Source of the DNA: Dehalococcoidia bacterium
Lineage (GTDB): Bacteria; Chloroflexota; Dehalococcoidia; UBA2979
Length of the DNA stretch: 64,000 nt
Assembly (NCBI GenBank): GCA_964291495.2
Contig: OZ219871.1
Location: forward strand, 1,504,001-1,568,000
Direction: 5' to 3'
Shown piece after piece: positions 29,295 to 37,371 of the stretch (positions within the stretch are counted from its first letter, which is position 1; the number at the start of each line of letters is the position of its first letter). Made by a program: the position numbers and the translations under genes. The notes under the pieces are model-generated. The model saw nothing but the letters and a program-made list of their open reading frames with translations, was not told the DNA's origin and ran no database searches.

Positions 29295-29925
29295 CCCCCT
29301 CCGGTCCCCTCTCCCGCGAGGGGAGAGGGTGAGGGTGAGGGCCCGGCGCGCAGCGCCGCCACACCCCCATCCCGGTCGGGACGCGCTGCGCGCGGCTCGG
29401 CCCACCCACCCGCCCTCAATGGATGCGGGGCTGCGCCCCGCGCCCCGCTTCGTGGGGGCTGTGCCCCCACACCCCCACTCGGAGCTTCCGAGGGCGCACC
29501 GTCCGGCCCCTCTCCCTCGGCGAGAGGGCGGGCCCGCGATGCCCCCCGACTGGATTCCGGCTTTCGCCGGAATGACGGAAAGGGGAGCCGGAATGACGGG
29601 AAGGGGGGCGGAGTGACGTGAGGGAGCCGGACCGACCGCGAACGCCGGGTGCGCCCTCAAGAGCTGCGCCGCAGGCAACGGCCCACGGGGGGCGTGGGGG
29701 GCGTAGCCCCCCACAGAAAGAAAATCCGAGGGTGGGTGGGCGGGCCCGAGCTGCGCAGCGTGCTCGTCCGGGATGGGGGTGTGGGGGGCGCAGCCCCCCA
29801 GAACAGAACTGGCGCGAGGCTCCAGAAGTTGTTGCCCCTCGGACGTCCGGCGTGCTGGCGCGCCGCGGGCGCGCTCCCCCTCACCCCCGCCCTCTCCCGC
29901 GAGGGGAGAGGGGGCCGGAGGTCAG
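29295..29925. repeat. Intergenic repeat cluster arranged as a nested imperfect inverted repeat (A, C, B modules)
   Basis: A at about 29301-29341 and inverted A at about 29877-29918; C-related 29358-29476 versus inverted 29729-29800; B at about 29552. Confidence 0.85.
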
Positions 29926-29940
29926 GAGGGGCGAGCGGGG

Positions 29941-30141
29941 CTAGGCGTACTTCTCCGGCTCCGCCATGAAGCGCACGCGCGAGTCGAGGCTGGCGAAGTA
30001 GTACCACTGGCCGTTGTAGAAGTACTTCGTGCCCTTGTCGGGGTCGGACTGCCCGGCCCCGGAGGCGGTCTCGCTGACCGCGCGGTTCACCTCGTCCGTG
30101 TCGACCTCTTCGCCCGAGACCGGATCCAGCACCTTCGCCAT
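29941..30141 (-). CDS. YHS-domain-like small protein
   Basis: DPVSG...YNGQWYYFAS...F.AEPEKY; GGAGG RBS upstream. Confidence 0.8.
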   Translation of the reverse strand: MAKVLDPVSGEEVDTDEVNRAVSETASGAGQSDPDKGTKYFYNGQWYYFASLDSRVRFMAEPEKYA

Positions 30142-30169
30142 GGTTCGCCCTCCGCGTTCGTCCTGCCGA

Positions 30170-31249
30170 CTAGTTGAAGACCGACGCCGCCACCGCGCCG
30201 AGCGACTCGCGGGGGTCGCCCCAGCGCAGCGCTGCTTCCTTGCCGCGGCGCGTGTGGAACTGCAGGTCGTACTCCGCCATGAAGCCCACGCCGCCGTGCA
30301 GCACGTGCCCCCAGTTTGTCGCGTCAGCCACCGAGCGCGCGACGACAGACTTCACCTTGGCGGCGTGCAGCGCGTCCACCTCGCCCCGGTCCAGCTTGTA
30401 GAGCTGCTCGTAGGCGAGGAAGCGCGAGGCGGTGACGCCGACCGCGGCGTCCGCGACGCGTCCCTGCACCGCCTCGAACGTCCCGATCGGCCGCCCGAAG
30501 GCGACGCGCACCTGGACGTAGCTGACGGTCATGTCCAGCGCCTTCTGGGCGTGCGCGTAGCACTCCAGCGAGGCGATCGCCGATCCGAGCACGCGCAGGT
30601 AGTCGACCGCCTCGGCGCCGCCGATCCAGCCCTCGACGCTCGCGCCGTCGTACGTCGCCGCCGCCTGCGGCGTCAGGCCGATGCCGGTCAGCGCCTCGGT
30701 CGAGACGCCGGCCTGATCGCGCGCCACGACGGCGAGGCCGGGCTCCCCGTCGCGCGTCGCGGCCACCAGGTGCAGGTCGCTGGTCGCGCCGAACTCCACG
30801 TAGCGCTTCGAGCCGCTCAGTGTCGCGCCGTCGGTCGTCGTCGCGATCTCGCCGTAGGGTCCGCCGTTGCCCTCGACCAGCGCCGGGGCGCAGGTGGCGC
30901 CCGCGGCGATGCGCGGCAGCAGCGAGGTCTGCAGCGCCGCGTCGCCGTGGCGCTGCACCGTCGCCGCGGCGAGCATCGTCTGCTGGTACGGAGAGAGCAG
31001 GGCGTGGCGGCAGAGCTGCTCGATCAGCACGCCGAGGTCAACGAGCTGCGCGCCCTGCCCGCCCTGCTCCTCGGCGATCGGCAGGCCGGTCCAGCCCAGC
31101 TCGACCATCTGGCTCCACAGCTCCTCGTCGGGCTCGCCCGCCCACTCGATCTGGCGCATCCGCGAGGCGGGCGCCTCGCGCTCGAGGAAGTCGTCCGCGC
31201 TGTCGCGGATCAGCTCTTGCAGGTCGCTCAGCCGGAGGTCCATCGCCAT
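30170..31249 (-). CDS. Acyl-CoA dehydrogenase (short, FadE27-like subunit)
   Basis: MDLRLSDLQ, ELGWTGL, RVAFGRPIGTFEAV, LHGGVGF. Confidence 0.9.
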   Translation of the reverse strand: MAMDLRLSDLQELIRDSADDFLEREAPASRMRQIEWAGEPDEELWSQMVELGWTGLPIAEEQGGQGAQLVDLGVLIEQLCRHALLSPYQQTMLAAATVQRHGDAALQTSLLPRIAAGATCAPALVEGNGGPYGEIATTTDGATLSGSKRYVEFGATSDLHLVAATRDGEPGLAVVARDQAGVSTEALTGIGLTPQAAATYDGASVEGWIGGAEAVDYLRVLGSAIASLECYAHAQKALDMTVSYVQVRVAFGRPIGTFEAVQGRVADAAVGVTASRFLAYEQLYKLDRGEVDALHAAKVKSVVARSVADATNWGHVLHGGVGFMAEYDLQFHTRRGKEAALRWGDPRESLGAVAASVFN

Positions 31250-31260
31250 CGTGAAGCCTC

Positions 31261-32460
31261 CTAACCTCTCGGCAGCCCGAGGCCGCGCGTGGCGACGATG
31301 CGGCGCAGCACGTCGTTGGTGCCTCCGGCGAAGCGGTGCACCGAGGAACCGCGGTAGTTCTCCTCGAGCTTCCCGCCGAGCGGCGCCTCCTCGTTCTCGC
31401 GGCGCAGCGCCCCTTCGGGGCCGAGCAGGTCGAGGGCGAGGCTGTCGACGCGGTAGCGCGCCTCGGAGCCCCAGACCTTGACCATGGCGCCCTCCATCGT
31501 GGGGGTGATGCCGTTCTGCACCATGATCGCGTTGGTCATCGCCAGTGCCCGCGAGACCTCGCTGTCGACGGTCGCTTCGGCCAGCCTGGTGCGCACGACG
31601 ATGTCGTCCTTGAGCTCCGGCCGGTGCTCCTCGATGTGGTTCACGAGCGCGTCGACGCGGCGCTGGTAGAGGCTCTGGGGCTCGATCATGACGCGTTCGA
31701 GGTCGAGCGCGTTGGACATGTAGTACCAGCCGCGGTTGAGCTCGCCGAAGAGCGCGTCGGCTGGCAGCCGCACGTTGTCGAAGAAGGTCTCGCTGGTGAT
31801 GATCCGTCCCATCGTGCCCATCGGCCGGACGGTGATGCCCGGCACGCTGGTGGGGAAGATGAAGACGGAGATGCCTTGGTGTTTCGGCGCGTCGGGGTCC
31901 GTGCGGGCGGCCAGCCAGCCGTGCGTGGCGCTGCCGAACCCGCCGTAGATCTTCTGCCCGTTGATCACCCACTCGTCGCCGTCACGGGTCGCCCTCGTCT
32001 GCAGCGAGGCGAGGTCGGTCCCCGCGTTGGGCTCCGTGTAGCCGAGCGCGAAGGTCATGTCGCCGCTGACGATCTGCGGCAGCCAATCGCGCTTCTGCTC
32101 CTCGGTGCCGAAGCGCATGATCGTGCGCCCGACCGAGCCGACGCTGAGGTGGTCCTGCGGGATGCCGAGGTACCAGAGCTCCTCGGCAAGGATGAAGGCG
32201 TGGAGCGCGTCCTTGCCCTGGCCGCCGTACTCGACCGGCCAGCCCATGTTGGTGTAGCCGGCCTCGTTCATCGCCTTGCGGAAGGCGCGCAGTTCCGGGC
32301 CGCGGCTATGGCCGAACTCTTCCTCGCCGGCCTCGCGCGCGAGCCCGTCGCGCTCGGACTCGTACAGTTCCGCGAACAGCGCAGGCGTGGCGTGCGTGTC
32401 CAGGAAGTCCCGGACCTGTTGGCGGAAGGTCACATGCTCATCGGTCCAGCCAAACTCCAT
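31261..32460 (-). CDS. Acyl-CoA dehydrogenase (FadE26-like subunit)
   Basis: WPVEYGG, ALGYTEPNAGTDLASL, INGQKI, ALDLER, GGTNDV, RGLGLPR. Confidence 0.93.
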   Translation of the reverse strand: MEFGWTDEHVTFRQQVRDFLDTHATPALFAELYESERDGLAREAGEEEFGHSRGPELRAFRKAMNEAGYTNMGWPVEYGGQGKDALHAFILAEELWYLGIPQDHLSVGSVGRTIMRFGTEEQKRDWLPQIVSGDMTFALGYTEPNAGTDLASLQTRATRDGDEWVINGQKIYGGFGSATHGWLAARTDPDAPKHQGISVFIFPTSVPGITVRPMGTMGRIITSETFFDNVRLPADALFGELNRGWYYMSNALDLERVMIEPQSLYQRRVDALVNHIEEHRPELKDDIVVRTRLAEATVDSEVSRALAMTNAIMVQNGITPTMEGAMVKVWGSEARYRVDSLALDLLGPEGALRRENEEAPLGGKLEENYRGSSVHRFAGGTNDVLRRIVATRGLGLPRG

Positions 32461-32638
32461 GCCGCACCTCCCGAACTTGCCGCCGCGTCGCGCCGCGCAT
32501 GCTACCACCAGCAGCGAGGCCCGGCGGGGCGCCGCATCCTGCGCTAGGGTGCGTTCGGCGCTACCGTGACCGGGGCAGGGAGCGACACGTGACGATCGCC
32601 AGCGTCGGCGCAACTGACGGCAGGACGGGAACGCCCTG

Positions 32639-33745
32639 ATGGCCGCCCCACGTGCGCTCTCGCCGTCCGCGCGCGAGTCCGTCGAGGATGTCGCGCGCGC
32701 ACACATCGAGCAGGGCCTGCACGCCGCCTCGCAGCTCGCGGTCTATCGCGACGGCGAGCTGCAGATCGACCTCCGGCTCGGGGACGCCGCGCGTCCCTCG
32801 GCGCGCATGGTCTGGTTCTCGGCCACCAAGCCGCTCGGCGCCGTCGCAGCGCTGATGATGGTCGAGCGCCTCGCCTTCGACCTCGATCAGCCGATCGCGG
32901 CGGCCTGGCCGCAGTTCGGCGAGGGCGGGAAGTGGGCCTGCACGCTGCGCCACGTGCTGACCCACCGCGGCGGCTTTCCCGTCTTCCCGGTCGACTTCGA
33001 CTGGGACCGGCTCGACGACTGGAAGGCCGTCACCGCCGCGACCGCGGCGATCGAGGCAGAGTGGCCGCCGGGCACGGACACCGGCTACCACCCCGTGACC
33101 TACGGGTTCGCGATCGGCGAGCTGGTGCGCCGCCTCGACGGGCGTGAGCCCCGGCAGTTCCTCGCCGACGAGATCATCGGCCCGCTCGGCATGGACGCCT
33201 CGCTCGGCGTGCCGGATGAGGCGCTCGGCGACGTCGTGCCGCTGGAGGCGATGTCGGAGGTCACCCTGCTCGACCCCGAGGGCAGCGAGCGCCGCACCTC
33301 GGACATCGTCGATCGCTTCAACGCCGCGCCGACGCTGCGCGGCCAGCTCCTCGCCGCGAACGGGATCGGCACGGCGGAGGCGCTGGCCCGCTTCTACGAC
33401 TGCCTGCTGCAGGGCGGCGCGCGCGAGGGCGTGCGCCTGCTCCAGCCAGAGACCGTGGAGTTGGCGACGAGCGTGCAGTGGACCACCGATTACGACCGCA
33501 CCTTCACGCTGCCCGCCTCGTACGGCCTCGGGTTCATCGTCGGGGGTGTCTTCGAACCCTTCGATGAGCCGGGCGTGTACGGGCATCCGGGTGCGCAGTC
33601 GACCATCGGCTACGCCGACCCAGTGCGCGGACTGGCGGTCGCCTACCTGACCAATGGGCTGCACGGTCCCGTGGAGGTGCAGCAGCGCTACCGCGAGATC
33701 GCGGAAGCCCTGATTGCGGCCTGCGAGGACTCGGATCGCCCCTAG
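32639..33745 (+). CDS. Serine hydrolase, beta-lactamase class C / esterase family
   Basis: FSATK (SxxK), VLTHRGG, GYHPVTYG, YGHPG. Confidence 0.9.
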   Translation: MAAPRALSPSARESVEDVARAHIEQGLHAASQLAVYRDGELQIDLRLGDAARPSARMVWFSATKPLGAVAALMMVERLAFDLDQPIAAAWPQFGEGGKWACTLRHVLTHRGGFPVFPVDFDWDRLDDWKAVTAATAAIEAEWPPGTDTGYHPVTYGFAIGELVRRLDGREPRQFLADEIIGPLGMDASLGVPDEALGDVVPLEAMSEVTLLDPEGSERRTSDIVDRFNAAPTLRGQLLAANGIGTAEALARFYDCLLQGGAREGVRLLQPETVELATSVQWTTDYDRTFTLPASYGLGFIVGGVFEPFDEPGVYGHPGAQSTIGYADPVRGLAVAYLTNGLHGPVEVQQRYREIAEALIAACEDSDRP

Positions 33746-34035
33746 CCGCGCCCCCGGCCGCCTCGCGGGCGGCGTCGCCGGCGGCGTCGCTGCGCGTGCT
33801 CCGGCCGTTTCGAGCTGGGTGCGGTCGGCTCGTGCACCACGGGCTCCGGTGCCTTCACGAAGCGGCGCGTGAGCCAGCGCGAGAAGAGGATCGACCAGAA
33901 GGCGAACGTCGCGAAGAGGGGGAACGCGATCAGCGTCGATGCCCAGTTGCCGCCGCTCGTCACCAGCGAGACGAGAGACGCGAGGCCGGCGACGACCACC
34001 GTCATCACGAGCAACTGGCGGTCCGGCAGTCTCAT
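33742..34035 (-). CDS. Small hypothetical membrane protein (2 TM, Arg-rich tail)
   Basis: Two hydrophobic helices; CATACT-N6-ATG upstream. Confidence 0.65.
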   Translation of the reverse strand: MRLPDRQLLVMTVVVAGLASLVSLVTSGGNWASTLIAFPLFATFAFWSILFSRWLTRRFVKAPEPVVHEPTAPSSKRPEHAQRRRRRRRPRGGRGRG

Positions 34036-34148
34036 GGCGGCAGTATGCCACTGCCGTGGCGGGAATCGCGCGGATCCCCGGACGTACAATGATCGTCAGG
34101 CAAGCCACGGCACGACGACGGGGTCGGCTACCGGGGGCGGTGCGTACG

Positions 34149-35858
34149 GTGCTCAAGCATGGAGTGCGGCACGTCGCCCCGTGGATGGCGGCGCCGGTGG
34201 TCCTGGCGCTCGTCGCGCTGCTGCTCGCCGCCGCCCGGCTGGCGCCGGTGCACGCCGACGGCGGCGAGGAATCTCACGGCTTCGGACACCTCGCGTACTC
34301 CCGCGACGTATCCGTCCATGAAGTGCCGGTCGAGCTCGCGATCGCCTTCTTCACGGACTGCTCGGAGGTGCCCGAGCTGTCGCCGCCGCGCTGCGGCTCA
34401 CCGCCCGCGAAGTGGTCGGCGGACTCCAATCCGATCGCGATCTGCACCTCGCACACCAATCGCCCGAGCTGGCTCACGGCCAACGCCTTCCGCGACGCGG
34501 TCAGGCAGAGCGCGAGCGCCTGGAATCAGGTCGCTGCGGCAGCCGGCATTCGCTACACGGGAGACTGCCCCGACGCCACGTGGGCGGAGGGCAACGGGCG
34601 CAACGAGATCGCCTTCGACGATGCGCGCAACATTGTGCGGGGGCCGGACGTCGCGCTGACCAGCGCGATCTGGGAATCCAGCTACGAGGACCAGTCGCGG
34701 CGGGTCGTCATCGACCGAGTATTCCTCGAGGCCGACATCGTGATGGACGCGGACCGCGTGGACAGGGGCGCTTGCTTCACGTCGACGGTCGTCCACGAGC
34801 TGGGGCACATGCTCGGTCTCGGGCACAGCGACGACCCGCGCGATCTGATGTACCCGAGCTACAAGCCCGGGGCGCCCGCCGCCTGCCTGCTCCAGCCGGG
34901 CCGTGCCGAGGTCGAGTTGCTGCGCTCGCTGTACGGCCGCAACGAGGCGCCCTCGGTCGACGCCGGTCCAGACCGGGCAGTCGGCCTCTTCGAGGACGTC
35001 GTCCTGAGCGCGGCTGCCAGCGATCCGGAGGACGATTCGCTCACCTTCAGGTGGGTGCAGACGGGCGGTCCGCGGCTGTGGCTGCCGCGCGGCGGCTCGT
35101 CGGCCGAGGTCTCGTTCCGCGCGCCGGGCGAGCCGGCGGTGCTGTTCTTCGAGGTCACGGCCACCGACCGCTACCTGCACAGCGCCACCGACCGCGTCGC
35201 GATCGACGTGTCGGCGGTCGGCGCCCGTCCGCGGCGGTTCCCGATCTTCGAGTCGCACCTGCCGGCACGCTATGTGCCGGGCGCTCCCGAGGGGACGACG
35301 GTGCTGGGCTGGGGAGCCGTCGAGGACGCCCTGCTCTACGAGTTCTGCTCCTCGCCGATCGAGGCCACGTTCGCGCGGCTCTGCACGCGCAACCTCACTG
35401 AGCCGTCGGTCCCGATCACTTGGGAGACGATCCTCGGGGGGGCTGACGAGGCCAGCGACACGGTGCTCCTGACCGGCGGCTGGCGCACCACGAGCATCCG
35501 GGCCTGCAACTCGGGCGGCTGCTCACGGGTGAGCGAGGGTCCGCTCGCCGGGGGCGTGCGCTGGGACGAGCGGAATATCGACTACGACTTCATCGTGCTG
35601 ATCTTCGACGTCTCCGGCGTGCAGTTCACGTTCGCGGCCGCGATCAACCTTTCCGATACGACTCGCCGGTTCGTGTTCGGGAACGGTCCGCCCGAGGATC
35701 CGTTCCAGACGACGATGGGCACGTGCAGCAGACTCGGGCGTAACGGGTTCTGCTACGGCTACCTGGACTTCCAGGTGCGCGATCAGGGACCGGTGGTGGG
35801 GATCCGCAGCACGCGCCCGGGCACCCCGGCGATCGAGCACCACGTTCCCGTGCGCTAG
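34149..35858 (+). CDS. Secreted matrixin-like metzincin metalloprotease with PKD/Ig-like domain
   Basis: Signal peptide, HELGHMLGLGHS, LMYP Met-turn, APSVDAGPD...SDPEDD.LTFRWVQTGGP; start uncertain (34149 or 34185). Confidence 0.85.
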   Translation: MLKHGVRHVAPWMAAPVVLALVALLLAAARLAPVHADGGEESHGFGHLAYSRDVSVHEVPVELAIAFFTDCSEVPELSPPRCGSPPAKWSADSNPIAICTSHTNRPSWLTANAFRDAVRQSASAWNQVAAAAGIRYTGDCPDATWAEGNGRNEIAFDDARNIVRGPDVALTSAIWESSYEDQSRRVVIDRVFLEADIVMDADRVDRGACFTSTVVHELGHMLGLGHSDDPRDLMYPSYKPGAPAACLLQPGRAEVELLRSLYGRNEAPSVDAGPDRAVGLFEDVVLSAAASDPEDDSLTFRWVQTGGPRLWLPRGGSSAEVSFRAPGEPAVLFFEVTATDRYLHSATDRVAIDVSAVGARPRRFPIFESHLPARYVPGAPEGTTVLGWGAVEDALLYEFCSSPIEATFARLCTRNLTEPSVPITWETILGGADEASDTVLLTGGWRTTSIRACNSGGCSRVSEGPLAGGVRWDERNIDYDFIVLIFDVSGVQFTFAAAINLSDTTRRFVFGNGPPEDPFQTTMGTCSRLGRNGFCYGYLDFQVRDQGPVVGIRSTRPGTPAIEHHVPVR

Positions 35859-35905
35859 GCTGTCTCGCCGCATCGCGCGTGCGGCCGAGGCGACACCGCG
35901 CGCGT

Positions 35906-35943
35906 GTTGTGAACATATTCGGCAGGGGTTGTGGACATATACT
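35906..35943 (+). promoter_or_regulatory. Direct repeat GTTGTG(A/G)ACATAT x2 overlapping a TATACT -10 box upstream of menF
   Basis: 35906-35918 and 35928-35940 (22-bp period); TATACT at 35938-35943. Confidence 0.5.
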
Positions 35944-35976
35944 TGGTCTGACGGAGCACCGAACGCGGAGCGGCAA

Positions 35977-37371
35977 ATGCCGGAAGACGGCAAGACGTCC
36001 CCAGAGCACGAGCAGGCGAGCGGCCCGACCGCGGGCGCGGCGCGCTCGACGTCAGCCGATCCGCCCTGGGGCAGCGCCCGCTTCTCCTCGATCACCCTGT
36101 CCAGCGACTTCGATCCGCGCGCCCTGCTCACAGGCCCCGACGCGGCCGAGGTGAGCGTGTGCTACGAGCGACCGGACCGCGACCTGGTGCTCGTCGGCAT
36201 GGGCGAGGCGGCGCTCATCACCGCGCCGCCCGGCGAGGGTCCCGAGGCGATTCGCGACGCAGCACTGCGCCTGCTTCGCGACGCCGCTGCGGACGGCGAT
36301 CACCCGGGCCCGCTGCGGCCTCGGCTGCTCGGCGGCTTCGCCTTCGACCCGTCCGCGCCGGCGGGCGGGCAGTGGGGCGGGTTCGACTACGGATGGTTGA
36401 GCCTGCCCCGGCTGCTCTTCGTCCGCGACGGCGAGGACTGCGGCGTGGTGCTCGCGCCGGGCAGCCACCCCGCCGAGGTCGACTACCTGATCGAGCGCAG
36501 CGAACGCGCCGAACCGCCCGCGCGCGAGCGGTCGGCGACGGCGCTGCGCGTGATCTGGGACATCAACCGCCCGGCGCTGATGTACGCCGTCGCCGAGATT
36601 GCCGCGGAGGTCCGGGCCGGGCTCTACGAGAAGGCCGTGCTCGCCTCGGTGCGCGAGCTCGAGACGGCCGCGCCGATCGACCCCGGAGCGACGCTCGCGC
36701 AGCTGCGCGAGGACTACCCGCACTGCTACCTGTTCAGCTTCCGCCGCGGTGACGCGATCTTCCTCGGAGCCAGCCCGGAGCAACTGGCCGGACTGCGCGG
36801 CGGAGCCGTCAGCGCGCTCGGCCTCGCCGGCTCCGCTCGCCGCGGCAGGACGGACGAGGAGGACGCGGAGCTGGGCGAGGCGCTGCTGCGCGACGCCAAG
36901 GAGCGGATCGAGCACGAGATCGTCGTGCGCGCGCTGCGCGAGGGCGTCGCCGGCCTCGCCAGCGACCTCGAGGCGCCGAACCGCCCGGAACTGCTGCGAC
37001 TGCACAACATCCAGCACCTCGCCACCGAGGTGCGTGCACGCGCCCTTCCCGGCGTCGACATCCTCGACCTGGTCGCACGGCTCCACCCGACGCCGGCCGT
37101 CTGCGGCTGGCCGTCCGCGACCGCGCTCGAGGTGATCGCGCGGCACGAGCGCTTCGATCGCGGCTGGTACGCCGGGCCGGTCGGCTGGATGGACGGCGCG
37201 GGCGAGGGCGAGTTCGCGGTCGGACTGCGCTCGGCGCTGATCCGCGGCCGGCGCGCCTGGCTGTTCTCCGGAGCGGGCGTCACGGGCGACTCCACGCCGG
37301 AGTCGGAGCTGGCCGAGATCGAGCTCAAGTTCCGCCCGCTCACCAGCGCCCTCGGCGGCGGTGCGATGTGA
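35977..37371 (+). CDS. menF: Isochorismate synthase
   Basis: GGFAFD, KAVLA, GASPE, KERIEH, LHPTPAVCG, RGWYAGPVGW; first in men operon. Confidence 0.93.
   Translation: MPEDGKTSPEHEQASGPTAGAARSTSADPPWGSARFSSITLSSDFDPRALLTGPDAAEVSVCYERPDRDLVLVGMGEAALITAPPGEGPEAIRDAALRLLRDAAADGDHPGPLRPRLLGGFAFDPSAPAGGQWGGFDYGWLSLPRLLFVRDGEDCGVVLAPGSHPAEVDYLIERSERAEPPARERSATALRVIWDINRPALMYAVAEIAAEVRAGLYEKAVLASVRELETAAPIDPGATLAQLREDYPHCYLFSFRRGDAIFLGASPEQLAGLRGGAVSALGLAGSARRGRTDEEDAELGEALLRDAKERIEHEIVVRALREGVAGLASDLEAPNRPELLRLHNIQHLATEVRARALPGVDILDLVARLHPTPAVCGWPSATALEVIARHERFDRGWYAGPVGWMDGAGEGEFAVGLRSALIRGRRAWLFSGAGVTGDSTPESELAEIELKFRPLTSALGGGAM

Noticed and set aside
32639-33745. Antibiotic-resistance beta-lactamase
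   Set aside because: No signal peptide; motifs fit cytoplasmic family VIII esterase-like serine hydrolases
35906-35940. DnaA boxes / replication origin
   Set aside because: Only two imperfect matches, no AT-rich unwinding element, and no dnaA/dnaN context
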